Of a stretch of 64,000 nucleotides of DNA, positions 1 to 13,576 are shown in pieces. How positions within the stretch are numbered: the first letter of the stretch is position 1; the number at the start of each line of letters is the position of its first letter. Source of the DNA: Selaginella moellendorffii (lineage: Eukaryota; Plantae; Lycopodiophyta); NCBI RefSeq assembly GCF_000143415.4, contig NW_003314273.1, positions 2,286,544 to 2,350,543 of the forward strand. The letters run 5' to 3'. The position numbers were made by a program, and so were the translations under genes. The notes under the pieces are model-generated. The model did not search any database, had not been told where the DNA came from, and saw only the letters and a program-made list of their open reading frames with translations.

Positions 1-956
1 CTAGATTTTCCTGGCGGCATCGATCAAATACCCCACCTGGCCATCGCCGCGACAAGATTTGAGACGACGCGCCAACGCTCCCAGACGCCGATGGGGATCT
101 AATAATCCAGCCCTCACAAGAAAACTCCTCTCTTTCTCCTCCTAGCCCAAGAGAGAATATTCAGTCAGTGAAAATGGGTATATTCACCGCCGTTCAGTTC
201 ATGCATGTCTTGGCCACCGGCACCAGGCAGTCATCCGGTAAATCACCTCGTCTATTCACCGTTTTACTAGCGCTCGATCTTATCCACATACCGGCTGCCG
301 CCGGTGTTTTGCGGCCAGCTCCGAGTCTCCGCCATGTGGCTCATTGGCCACTGTACATACGATTAAAAGATAATGGCGTGGTTGGTACATGGTTTCCAAA
401 GGATATGAATGTTCCAAATGATTTTCTTGCGCCATACTCCATGCCCGATGGCCACATTTTCCGTGCGTACGGAGATTTGACCAGCGTTTACTTTCCATTC
501 CAGTGGAGAAATCTCCGCCTCGAGCTGCTGGCCGTCGGATGCGCTCCTCCCATCGTGGCCGCCCACATCGTCACAATAAAATTAGTGTGGAACCAAAGAA
601 GGGTTCCGCCATAGCCGATCGGGGAGGAGGACAAGGGCGCCGCGCCGATGCTCGTCGCCGCCACTGCCGCTGCCGCCGCGCCGATCTCGATCTCCACCGC
701 CTCGCCGCCGCCGCTGCCGCCGCCGCTGGAGCACAGGATTTCACAGCCGGAGCAATCCCCGGATCGATCATGTTCTCCCCGGAGCGGCAGCAGCAGCGGC
801 AGCAGTGAATCGAGGGAAATCTCACGAGCACAGGCAAGTGTGTGGGCTTTGCGACTGCTAGATGCGTAGGCCGGGGGAAATCTCGAGCAAGAAGGGGTTT
901 TTGGGGAGCACACCCTAAAGAAGGGTTTTTGCTTGTTACCACCAGGCAGTCCAGAC

Positions 957-2560
957 ATGGTCAACATAAAGCTCAAGCAATTAATTCGCAAGCCGTCGTC
1001 CAGGAATGATAGCAGCATTGAGTCCTCGATTGGCGCTCCAGCTCCTCATCCAGGCGGTATAATGCCGGGCTCTACCAGTGTTCCTTCCAATCCTGGCTCT
1101 CGGTCTTCGTCTTCCTCCTCCGGGCCGGTGAATGGGCTCCTCCCACTGACCAACTTTGAGCCGCTGCCGCTCTTCCGCGACGTTCCCAGCTCCGAGAAGC
1201 AATCGCTCTTCGTGAAGAAGCTACATTTGTGCTGCTGCGTGTTCGATTTCACTGACCCCTCCAAGCACACGCGAGAAAAGGAGATCAAGCGGCAGACACT
1301 CCTGGAGCTCGTCGACTACGTCACCTCGGGGTCGGGCAAGTTCACGGAGAACGTCCTCGAGGACATGACCAAGATGGTGTCGGCCAACTTGTTCCGGAGC
1401 CTGCCACCCTCGTCCCGCGAGAACAGTGCCGTGTCCGAGAGCTTTGACGAGGACGAGGAGCCGGTCATGGACCCGGCATGGCCGCATTTGCAGATCGTCT
1501 ACGAGTTCTTACTCCGCCTGGTGGTGTCCACCGAGACCGACGCCAAGGTCGCCAAGCGCTACATCGACCACTTCTTCGTGCTGCGGCTGCTGGATCTCTT
1601 CGACTCGGAGGACCCCCGAGAGAGAGAGTACCTCAAGACCATCTTGCATCGGATCTACGGCAAGTTCATGGTCCACCGCCCCTTCATCCGCAAGGCCATC
1701 AACAACATCTTCTACCGGTTCATCTTCGAGACGGAGAAGCACAACGGCATCGCGGAGATGCTGGAGATCCTGGGCAGCATCATCAACGGGTTCGCGCTGC
1801 CGCTCAAGGAAGAGCACAAGCTGTTCCTGGTGCGAGCTCTGGTGCCGCTCCACAAGCCAAAGTGCGTGGCCATGTACCACCAGCAGCTGTCGTACTGCAT
1901 AACGCAGTTCGTGGAGAAGGACTGCAAGCTCGCGGACACTGTCATAAGAGGGCTGCTCAAGTACTGGCCTGTCACCAACAGCCAAAAGGAAGTCCTCTTC
2001 TTGAATGAGCTGGAGGAGGTACTGGAGGCGACGCAGGCGTCAGAGTTTGAGCGCTGCATGGTTCCCCTGTTCCGACAGATTGCCCGCTGCCTTAATAGCT
2101 CCCACTTCCAGGTACACATTCTCGTCTTTAAAGTTATTCTTCCTTGCCTTTTGACTCTCTTTTCCGGTTTTTTTTCTTTCCCCAGGTAGCGGAACGAGCA
2201 CTCTTTTTGTGGAACAACGATCACGTCGTGAGCTTGGTGGCACAGAACCGGCAGACGATACTGCCACTGATCTTCAGTGCGCTGGAGATGAACAACCGGA
2301 ACCACTGGAACCAGGCGGTGCACGGGCTGACTTGCAACGTCCGCAAGATGTTCTCGGAGATGGACCCGGAGCTGTTCCAGGAGTGCCAGCGAAAGTTCCA
2401 GGAGGACGAGGAGAAATCCAAGGGGATCGAGGAGAAGCGCGAGATAACGTGGAAGCGGCTCGAGGCGGCTGCGGCCACCAAGGCCGTGAGCTCCGAGGCC
2501 GTGCTGGTGATGGGAATGGCACCGTCGTTTAACCAGCAGAGAACCATGGTAGGCGTCTAG
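957..2560 (+). CDS. Protein phosphatase 2A regulatory subunit B' (B56 family); join(957..2111,2186..2560), 509 aa
   Basis: Diagnostic B56 motifs [55 protein letters not shown]|[16 protein letters not shown] intron at 2112-2185 joins the two ORFs in frame. Confidence 0.96.
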
Positions 2561-3046
2561 AAGATCGAGCCCAGCGTTCCCTGTTCTTGTTGGAGGATCT
2601 ATCTCCACTGACCGGCTGCCCTGTAAATCGCCACCAATCCAGAGAACCAGTCCCGGTGTACACAAAAACCAGTAAGTTCGTCCGAGAGAACCGGTCGGTG
2701 TCGATGAACCAGAACTTGAGAAGAATACTGCGGCTGGAGTTGCTTGAATATTTACTCCTGTTTATTGGTTGTTCTGTGTGTGTTTGTAGAAAACAACGCT
2801 CTCTCCCCTTTCTATACGAACCATCCACTTTCTATACGAGCCACTGCTTTGCCGGAAAATTCTTTCTCTGTGCATTATTTTCTTCGGGAAAAAGCAGCAG
2901 CCATTTTGTTAGAAATGAGCTGCGAACTTACAAAAGAATACCTTGATCCGTATTTACAGCACAGGTGCCAGGGGTTGATGGAAGGATGGAGAACAAAACT
3001 TGGTCGGTCGATCGATCTGTTTGTTTTTCTTTTTTTTCTTCTTGGA

Positions 3047-5565
3047 CTACTGGATGTTGCACTCCTGCAAGTAAGGATGATCATACTTCACGTACCTCGA
3101 CCAGTAACCTTTGAATCTCGAGAGTCCAATTTCTAGCCAAGGTTTAAGGTTCCCATTGTAGTGGACAACGGCGGCAGCGTCGATATCCTCGGGCTCCACA
3201 CCGGGGTTGTAACCGAGTCCCAGGACGTGCCAGGATTTGTCGAGCGGGTACGTGAGGTTGTAGAAGGTGATGAGTCCCGGAGGCAAGGTTCCCAGCTTCC
3301 AGAGTGTCCTATCCTTGTTCTGCAAGAGAAAGAGCTTAGCCACATCGTTTTAGACTTTCCAAAAAACGCTTACCATCGTTTGCCACTTGTGGTAGATTCC
3401 TGTGATGTCGCGCTTCTTCCACTCCTCCAGGTCGAAGATGTTCATCCCGTAGGCCCAGCCACACGCGTTTGGATCGAAGTTCCTTGCGATGTGAGGATTG
3501 GAGAAGTTGAGGTACTTGTCGAATCGATGGAAGCTGGCTCCACAAGTCTCCACTGCACCGTTCACCTTGCCATGGAGGTCCACGGACCACAACGGAGTCA
3601 GGTCCTTTTGCACAACGATGTCGTCGTCCAGGAACAGGATCTTGCTCAGTCCCGGGAACACCTCCGGAAGATAGAACCTGAGATGGTTGAGCATCGACAG
3701 GTACTTGGGGTTCCGGTACTTCAGATTGGACGTCCCAGAAGTTACGCTCGTTGTCTGGTCCGGTTTGAAGTAGTAGTCCTTCATCGCTGCGGATTCCAGT
3801 TGCCGTAGGACGGGACAGTAGGAAGAATTGAGCCACGTAAAGTCGTCGATATTTTGGACGTGAATGGTGGCGTTGCCCGGGGGATTGTCCAGAAACCACA
3901 TCTTCATGGCCCCGAAATTTAGGCGGTCTGTAACCAGATGAAACACATGCTTGTCGGGTTCCTGCACAAACCAAGACACACAAGTCACATGTCTTTACAA
4001 CTCCTGAAAAGTAAATGTACGTACCTCGGCGTGGAGGACAGTGGAATTGACCACCACTGCTGCTGCAAGGACGTTGTCCGAGAAGAGCGCATAGTGATAC
4101 AAGTCGTCGTCCTCGAGCTTTTCCCGGTTCGGGAACTGACGCTCATCTGGGGGCAGTACATGATACTGTACGTTGAGGCGCAGCGAAAGGCAATGCAGGC
4201 CTTTCGGCATGGTCTTGGCAGCAAGCTGGCTCAAGAACGCACTTTGCTTCCTGAGTGAGCGCGCGTAATCTTCAGCTCCATGCAGCATTGCTCGCAAACC
4301 TTTGACTAGAGAGTTACAGTCGTAATTCTGCTGCCTTGCCTTGGCCAAAACCTGTCCCATGGCACGGATTTTATCGGGAGCACTGCAAGATAGAGACGCT
4401 AAGTTCCACTCGTAAGGTACTGCAAGGAAGAAATATTACCTCCGTGGTAGCTCAGCATCAATGGTTGCGTCACCCACGACACGCTCGCTGTCTCTGAGAC
4501 GTATTCTCAGATCGCGAAGAAGCCTCTGATTGTTGCGAGCCTGAGCAACCCCAATGTATGCTCTGGCCATAATCACTTGATCGCGAATCAATCTGACCAG
4601 GGAGTCTGAGTTTTCGTTTTCATCCCGCCTCCAAATGCTGTACTTGCCGAGTATCGCCCCATCCACAGCTTTGGAGCGTTTGATAGCTTCCTCTTCCAGG
4701 CGTGCCTTTTCTCCTTCATCCTGCTGGAGAAGCTCTGTCAGCCTTTTCTCATGTCTACGCAGTCTCAGTTGCTGCAAATCGAAAAATAAAGTGTGCATTT
4801 CAACATGCAACCAGATATGCAAACATTGTCAATCTGCGTAGACTTTGGGAGCTTACCTTTCGGATCTCAGCAGCTGGATCGGTCTTTACTTGAGAACTCT
4901 CGTCGGCAGTAGCGACAGTGGTATTCACATCTTCTCCATGAGGCAGGTTTGGATTCACCACAACCTTTCCCTGGTCCTCAGCTTCCGCAGTTTTAACATC
5001 CTCAACAACGTTCTCCTGAACAAAAATAGCAATAGAATTGTACAAGCTGTAGGTGGCATCCCCTATTTATTTACCTTCTTCGCGACCTCTTTCTCCGAAT
5101 TCTCACGTACTAACGAGGACGAGTGAGATTCCTCGGAGTTTGCTATTATAACGTCGAGTACCTACATGCACGAAAAAAAATGGATCTCTTGCCATAAGAA
5201 TCTCTTGCCTAACTCCTCACAACCAAAAGACTTAAAACTTACTTGATCCGCTACACTGGCTTTCTGCCCGTTACGCGAATCATCCTGGAAGTCGAGAATT
5301 AAAACACGGAACAAATCTACAAAGCCAAACTCACATTGCTGGTTTGCGGCAATTCGCTCTTCCCTGAGTAGTTAAGTTAAAACCCCACGATAAGCAAAAA
5401 GAAAAAGATCTCACCAAACGAAGTGCTGAAGATCGCGATTCTTGGCGCAAGGAAAATGAGTGGAGCGATCATAGAAACCGCAAGAAGCACCCCCACAGAG
5501 ATCCGGAACTTATCATTCCTCACGCGATGCTGGGGACCTGCCGCTGGCCCTCTTTTGGATCGCAT
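3047..5565 (-). CDS. Galacturonosyltransferase (GT8), GAUT1-like; about 9 coding exons
   Basis: N-terminal TM anchor (ISVGVLLAVSMIAPLIFLA); GAUT motifs QLAAKTMPKGLHCLSLRL, HYALFSDNVLAAAVVVNST, KYLSMLNHLRFYLPE, ILFLDDDIVVQKDL, LWKLGTLPPGLITF, HYNGNLKPWL. Canonical GT-AG introns; ATG 5565, TAG 3049-3047. Confidence 0.95.
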
Positions 5566-6167
5566 GGTAGTCACTACATGTGTGATCTCCTCCTTTCACC
5601 GGCGCTGCTGGAGCTAGATCCAGTGATCACGAACCCTAGCCTGGAACAGTAGGGGCCTCTTCCCTCTCTCGCCGGAGACAATGCCCCCGAAATACCCCCG
5701 ACGAGGATCAATACCGAGAATGCTGCTGCGCAAGAAGATCCAGGCCACGGCTGTGCGCAATCTGGCGCTGGGGAATGCCGATTCCGAGCGGGGAGAGAGG
5801 CTGGGCTGCAAATCTTGGCGAAGACGAGGAAGAACCAGCAATGTGGAGCTCCCGGCACCGCCGCAGCCAAGCGGCGTCACACCTTTGCCCTAAGAAGCGC
5901 CATGGCTGTGCCCCCAGCTTCGAGCCTGACGAAGAAATTTCCACGCCCAGAGAAAAATGCAGGTACGTGTGGGAGAATATTCTCTTAGTCAGTGCACGAA
6001 TCTGTTATTTACATTTTCTCCAAACTAGGTACTTTTCTTACTAGGCAAAATACGTTGTGTAAGCTGATCTTGCGAATGGTCCAGATGCAAATTAAATGTG
6101 CTTTGGCATTATATGGCTATATTCATTTTCTTATTTTTATTATGTGGTTCAAAATTGAATGTTGTTA

Positions 6168-9100
6168 TGTGAGTGCATGGAATATATATTAATTAGCCCA
6201 AAAACCTTATATATGAGTGGTTCAAATTAAAATCAATCTAATAGTTATTAAAATCCCATTACGTTAATATTAATATATGGCATTATAGCAATACATTTGG
6301 ACTTCATATCATCCCTTCCTCTCGAAATGATGGAAGATAATCAGGATTCTATAGTGAATAGACCAGGATATGAAGGAACATCAGAAGAAAGCATTGATGG
6401 ATATGTAAGTGGTGTTAATTGTTTTTGATCCCTTTATATGAAATGTTTTAGCTATTGTATATGTATAATTTTTAGAGGATCAGCTTATTGAACATCATGT
6501 TGAACTTTATAAACTTGCAACTCAACTTGCCGCAACACTCGATACAGTCCCTTCCACTAAGAAAAAAGCCTCTTAAATAAACCATATACCATAGGATTAG
6601 GAAAACAAACTAATACTAAGTCATTCACTTTGTACTCCGTAGGTAGACAATAGTGGGAATTATAGTGCTGTTATTGCCCCACTTGTATGTGGCTCAAGTG
6701 TTTATTAAACTTTGTTTAGACCAGTGGAAGAATGTTTGTTAAATATTAATCCCAAAACTTAACATCGGTAGCTCGTGGCAATCGCAAAGGTAAACTCAAC
6801 TCTGTTGGTAGTATCAGATTATGACCATAGAGGAGTTTATATAGTGAAGCACCAACAAAACTCTACACCTTTGTGATATACACATATAAAAAAAATAGCA
6901 AATAACCATCCCAATTTGAATATTGAAAATTTATGTACTTTGTTATTATCCCTTTGAAGGTCCGAATGAGCCATTTCACCAAACTATCAAACTATGGATG
7001 ATAAACACTTGTGAAAGTGTGCCATATCCTCAATTGAGATGTTAAGATGTGAAATGCATCAACTATAAATATGGGACTATTATCCAAAGAATTCGCTCTA
7101 AACATAAATACTAGAACACCACTCGATTGAGGGGGAAATATTCAACAACAGTTGTAGATGCACTAACAAGAGCTCCGACTTCCATCAACGAGGTATGTAG
7201 TTAGAAGTAATAATAACATACTCATTGCCAATAGTCGATTGTGGAAAATGCCCTATTAGATTAAATGCTACCAACTCAAACGAACAAGAAATTACAATTG
7301 ACTATAGCCATCCTTTCGCAACACAAAGGGGAGTATTATAAGCTTGGCATCAAATGTAGTTATGCATATATCGGATATTAAGTTACATCTCTACCAATAA
7401 AAAGACCTGTACAGCTTTTTAGTCACACAATACTAATCTATATGCCCATCTATAATAAGAAAATCATGGTATGTGTGGAGAAAGCATGGAATAAAGATCG
7501 AAGGCACTATTAAATGTAAATAATCATTAACAAATGGTCTTCCTCAAGGCAATATTGAGAATATAAATACCAAAATGATAAATTATTAATAAGTGATACA
7601 AAATTCTCAAACTCATTCACAAAACTTTCGGATCCATAATTTAACCTTTTGAGCTTTGTCAAAAGAAGGTAAATTTAAAATAATAAGCTCATTAGAAACA
7701 TGAAATAGAGCGAAGAAGGAAGAGGAGCTCAAGAAAAGGCATTAGCATTAACTATAGAACTCCCTGGGTAATGAACAACATTAAAATCATATATCTGAAG
7801 CTTCAAAGTTTACCAAGCAATACGACCAACCAAGTTCTTCTGCTTCAATAACAAAGTAACTATAACATAATCATCTTCTAGTAATGTTTGAGAACTATGT
7901 ATGTAGGTATGAAGTTTTTTGAAACCTTAAATTGCTGCTAAACACTCTTTTATTGTGGAGTAGTTCACCTTTATGAGTTGTAACGTACACCTCATGTATA
8001 CAATAGGATGACATTGACTAGGCACACTTAGATTCTCTTGCATTAACATGCCTCCAAAACCGATATCAAAAGCATCTATGTGCAAAATAAAAGGTCAAAT
8101 ATAGTCAAGACATGCCAAAACTAGATGAGTCATTAACAATTCTTTGAGATCTGTAAACGCCTGCTTACAGTCCATGGACTAAATGAAAGATGATATTAAC
8201 AACTTCAATTATATGTAAGTAACCAAAGTGAACAATTTGAAAGATGATTTATAAGGGTTTAAATATAAAGGGAAAAAGCCCATGAACAAAAGTGTACCCC
8301 TTTTTTCAATCGGTTTTGGGATACTTGGGGTTAAGTGTTTTTGGGTTTGAATAGGGGTTAGATGACCTTCTGGGAAATTTAAATTTAAGATATTACATTT
8401 GGTATTAAAGAGGTGTTATGTTCAATTTTGTTGGTTAGCTAATGGAATTGCACAATATATTGATTGAAATTTAGTAGGTCCAATTTGCGTTGGCTAGGCT
8501 TGACTCGAGGGGTAGGGTGTCAAAAGAGTAGAACTCTTGGGAGAGTGGTGGCTCTTAGCTTCCATTCACGAGGGCGTGAACTTGTAAGGAAACATGGTGG
8601 ATTATAAAATCCAAAGAGAATGACTTTAAAAATGATTCATAAGGGTTTAAATATAAAAGGAAAAGGCCCATAATAAGAATGCACCCTTTTTTCCAATCAG
8701 TTAATTGTTTGATCCTTATGGTTAAGTGTCCTTGGGTTTAAATAGTATTGGGTTGAGTGACCTTTTGGGAAGTCCAAATTCAAGAACTTACATAATGTTT
8801 GCAATAGGATAGTACAATGAAAAAGATGATCAATGAAATGGTTGAGATATTGCACTTTGCCTAAAACGTGCTATACATTATATATATATTTTAGAGTAAC
8901 AGTTAGAATTTTATCAGGATTAACTTACAAAGTTTTACAAGAAACACAGTATCCAAGATAAGTTGTGTCCTCGAACATAAACTGATACTTCAATTGCTTT
9001 AGCTTTAAATCAATTTTTCGCAACCAATCCAACATCTTACAAACATTATTAAACAATGCTCTTATGACTTTCCGGTGGATGATGAATGAGGTTCTTTGTG

Positions 9101-11290
9101 ATATATTAGGGTTGATTATTGACTTCATTGATGTTGTCTTGATCCACTTTGAGGGGATGTAAGAAGAGCATATCTAACCAAATGATATCACCAAAAACTT
9201 ATAGAAACAAAAAGTGTATGAAAATCAATTTTGGGAATATCTTCCTCGGCTATTGGCACTTACTAGTACTTAGAAGCAAAACTTCTCCCCAAATGATTTA
9301 GGAGATCAGTAATGTGAAGAAGACGGTACATATTTGGGATCGTCACTTTGTTTAATGAGTGATAGTTAATGCATAAATGAATACTCCCATCAAACTTCAT
9401 CACAAGATGAAGTTCACATGCCTAAAAACTCTATGACTTTTGAATAACACCTTTTTCCAATATATCCTTGATGTTTGCATATAAAATTTTGATCTCTTTT
9501 GGTGATCAATGATGAACAGAAATCTTAATTAAACAAGCATCTCCAATTGAAATAGGATAATAAGGTGCAATCTTGATCCTAAACAACAAATCAAATTTAA
9601 AGAGATCGACATACTCCTTTATGAGTTGGTTAACCCTTGCAACACAAAAACCATCGAAGGGATTAAAAGAGGGAATAGAAGAACAACACAGAAATATAGG
9701 AAAAATAATAGGGAAACAAAAATGATGGAAGTAGAGATAGAAGAAAATGGATGAAAGGGAATGAAAGTGAGAGAAATAAAAAAAATATAAAAAAATATAA
9801 GATAAAGGGAAGAAGCCTCAAAATCACACTTGGTATGATTGTATCGTAACCAATCCATACCAGGGATGAGGTCTAAAACTTGATTTGGCACCACCTATAA
9901 TGACTGCAACTCAAGCTTGAGATTGCTAATATGCACAACTAGGTTTTCCTTATCTCGTGTATATATATGTGTATGGCCATTGCCATAAAGAATGAAAATT
10001 AGCTCTGCAAATATAGATTACAATGTATGGCAATAGGTCAAGCAATAGAAGATATACTCGAGATTGTATCAACCAATATAGCAAGAATAATAGAAGACCT
10101 GGAAAATAAACACTTGATGAATTAGTATCGAGTGAACCCTTTAATGATACTCCTGAAAGAAAGATGAAAGAGTCACTAACTTATTGGCGTAAGAACCCTC
10201 CGCTACTCATGTAATTCCTTGTTTCTTAGAAACATCTCGGTATCTAAACCTTCCATTGCAATAGCACCAATAGAACATTGTTAATGCCAAGGTTTCCAAC
10301 TAGGAAATGGAGGTCGCTAATTTGGAAAATGCCAACAACACCGATAAGTATGACTAACTTCATTATATGCTCAACAATGGATATCACAGCTACAACTATG
10401 TCTTTGCCCTTGAATTTGGGCAGCAACAGCATCAACCTCTAATGGAATAAAACCATTTCATACAAAAAGTAGAGTTAAAGGATGTGCAATGAAAAGTGGA
10501 AGATGTGATATTTTATAACATTGTACTAAGAAAAGAGCATTGTCAAGGGTGGCTGAAACAAGTGCACGCACAAGTTCCATAAGATCTTAATAAAGTGCTA
10601 ACTACAACATTTTCAATTTGATTCATTCCAACATATTTGGCTTTGCACGAAGTAAGAGGTTTCGAAAGTGAATGCCAAATTGCATCATTGACTTAAATGG
10701 TCCTTGATGAAAACGATGGGAAGGCATCATCATAATCATTGGCATGTCCAAATGTGTGTTGTTTGAAGATGTCTAAGAAAATGCTCCAATCTTTATAAAT
10801 AGCTACACTTAAACCATTATACCACTACAGTGTCATCTCTTAGAGACACATAGAAAACTCACACAAATGTCAAGCATCATCCAAAGAATGATATGTGGCA
10901 ATCACCATAAAGTGATCGAATTAATGGTACACATCATCCTCAAGATTCTCATGGAAAAATTCTGCCTGGATGTAAGGATTAATAGTAAGAGCAGAAGAAG
11001 TTATACCACATGCCGTGAATGCCACCATTAACTGAGTGTAATTGTTTAATTACAGCTGCATGGCATCAAGCAACTACACCAACTGCTACTCCAAAGTCAA
11101 AAGAGGAGAAGGCTACTGCTTTGCCATGAAGATGAAGGAAAAAGAAAAATCAAAAGAGAAAAATTTGAAAAAGCTAAAGATTTAAACAATATAAAAGTTA
11201 AATTTAAACCAAAATTCCAAATTCAAGCACTTCTCAGGGACAATCAAAGTTGCCCCTCTCCTCCACCAATATGAGTGCATGGAATATAGA
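6168..11290 (-). mobile_element. Heavily degraded Ty3/gypsy LTR retrotransposon, same family as 27658-33302
   Basis: LTR TGTGAGTGCATGGAATAT at 6168-~6307 with the PPT complement (tcatcccttcctct) beside it. Truncated second LTR at 11270 next to the PBS complement gcccctctcctccacca. Interior is colinear with gag-pol of the 27.7-33.3 kb copy but full of stops. Confidence 0.9.
8214..8792 (+). mobile_element. Cassandra-type TRIM (5S rRNA-like region in both LTRs) nested in the degraded gypsy RT/RNaseH region
   Basis: LTR1 8214-8397 (TGTAAG..TTACA), PBS-like tttggtattaaagag (tRNA-iMet type), ~205-bp internal domain, LTR2 8603-8792. LTR2 contains gttaagtgtccttgggtttaaatagtattgggttgagtgaccttttgggaagtcc, a decayed 5S A-box/IE/C-box; LTR1 has a more decayed version. 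Gypsy homology resumes on both sides. Confidence 0.85.
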
Positions 11291-11765
11291 AGTTAGATTT
11301 TCTCCAAGAACTTTATAGCCTTGGAGAAGAGTAAATGATCTTTGCTACCATGAACTCATGAAATGAAGACTTAGAAACTTACATGGAAAACTAATCTTAT
11401 AAAAATATCATGGTTTTAAATGTAAGTGCTAAAAAAGTTTATTTCAATTCCAATTTTATAATTATGCTTTGAAAGAATCAATGTTATACATGGCTGAAAA
11501 CCCATATGTATGGGAGATTGTTAGAAAAAGTGGTAAAACATAAATAATTTTTTAAAAATTTCCATTTATAGAAATCAGCTATATTTTTTCCAAATATTAT
11601 TCTGAAAATAAATGTGAAAATTAGAAAATAATCAAATATTTTTGTATAACTAATTATAAGATAGTTTTAATTTCAGTTAATTTTTTTTACCATTTTTGGT
11701 TTGCTTCAGCAAACCTGTAGGGAAGTGGATATACCTAGAAGATGCTTGGATATTCTAGGATATTT

Positions 11766-11946
11766 TACCATCTAACGGTTGTTATTCATTTAGATTAATC
11801 TTGTATTTGTAATTTATAAATATGTTTATAATTTATAAACTTTCTTAAACACTTTCTAGTAATTTTTTATTCTACCATCTAATGGTTGATATGAAATAAG
11901 ATTAATCTTGTGTTTATAAATTATAAATATGTTTATAATTATAAAA
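11766..11946. repeat. Degenerate direct repeat, ~105-bp period
   Basis: taccatctaa(c/t)ggttg...agattaatcttgt...ttataaatatgtttataatt occurs twice. Confidence 0.6.
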
Positions 11947-12210
11947 TTTTATTTAATCAATTGGATTAATAAATAAGAATAAAAATATTATTAAGCATAA
12001 TTCATAACAAATTTTTGTGATAACCTATAGAAAAAAAAACCATATATGGGAAAAAAAACCAGTGTCGTATCTTTAGTAAGGAGATATAGTACTCACTTCC
12101 ACGACAAAGATAGCCTTCTTGACAGCCTTGAGGGAGATGGCACAGGCTCCTCTGGAGGCAGCAGCCATTGCCAAAGGGTACTACTGTCAACTTCCCAGCC
12201 AAGATGAGAG

Positions 12211-12485
12211 ATGCTTTATTTCGTTAAAGTGGAACTTATTCAGTAAAGTGGGACATTAATTAGCATGTGTCCACATGCCATTTCCTAGTACTTAATTAAT
12301 ATTTATCAGTTTTTTAATTTATTTTTTATATTTCACAATATTATAACACAAAATCATATGAAAAGTTTCTAATTTATAAATTATAAAGCTAAAACTTCAA
12401 TTTTTTATTGTTGTTATAAAAATAGCATGTGGCCACACACCATAAGTGGGATAATAAAAAGTTCCACTTTAACAAAATAAAGTAT
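12211..12485. mobile_element. MITE-like non-autonomous DNA transposon (275 bp)
   Basis: 26-bp TIRs AT(G/A)CTTTATTT(C/T)GTTAAAGTGGAACT with 2 mismatches, AT-rich core, flanked by AGAG on both sides (12207-10, 12486-89). Confidence 0.8.
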
Positions 12486-13576
12486 AGAGCCAACTGCAAA
12501 GATTTTCTACTCGAGAGCATCCCGAAATGCAAATCTGACTATCCTCTGGTGAGGCTCAAGGGGGACTTCCAGCAGCACTACACTGGATCACGCATGGTAT
12601 GGCTTCAAGAAGCTGGAAACTTTCCTAGACTTTGCTGGAGCTGCTCATAGGCATCTGGACGGGGTCAGGCTGCCAGAAGCTTCTTCACTTGAAGAAGTTG
12701 GAAGATAACAAGATCAAGGGCAAGGACAACATCAAGAACAGGTGCTTCTGTTCTTGACGAGGAGGAGGAGCTTGACGAGGTTGCGATGACTCTAGAACCA
12801 GAGGAGGAAAAGAAGAAGGAAGAAAAAGCAATGGTGGATGTGAAGAAGTGGAAGAAAGCTACCACGGTTAGCGTCCAGGCAACATGGAAAGCCCAGGCTC
12901 CCACAAGCAATGCCAAGGCACAAGGAGTGAACAAGAGTAGCAGCAGTGGCAAGCTCAAGATGGGGGGTGGAAAGCTAAGCATGAGCTCCCGCCTTGTTTG
13001 AGGCTCTGTTTCACGGAGAATGTGGCTGAGAGTAGCCTCGCTGATGGATTGATTGATTATCATGGTGTGACTTGAGCTGCGAATTTTCGTTAATAGGGTG
13101 GACTGACGCTGACTACTATCAGTCAACGCTATCTCATTACTGTTCTAATGAGCTCATTCTAATGAGTTCATTGATGTGCTTAAAAAGCTGGTAAAGAATT
13201 AGTGACTAACGTTGACTTCGATAACTACTATAATCTACTGATAAGAAATGTTATTGAAAGTTTATATTTTTAAAAACAGGAAATTAAATGTCCAAAGTGT
13301 TTGTTTGAGACTTGCAATATAATCTCCCAATTGAATATCTCTCTGTTGTCTTAATGAAAAATTGTTGTCTTGTTGCCTTGTTTGAGACTTGCAAATCATA
13401 ACCTCCTACTTCAAATGCCTCCAGACTTCTCCATCTGTTATAATTTTGATTGAATACGGCCAACAAGCCTTTGCCTGTTGCGGTTTAGAAAAACCGAAGT
13501 AATTTGTTTCATGAATCTTCATTCTGTGCCTGCAACCTCAAGCGTATCATCAGTCCAAAACGACTGAAAATTATAC

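Noticed and set aside
168-1018. Several ORFs upstream of or antisense to PP2A B'
   Set aside because: Low-complexity GC-rich promoter/leader sequence with no recognisable protein features.
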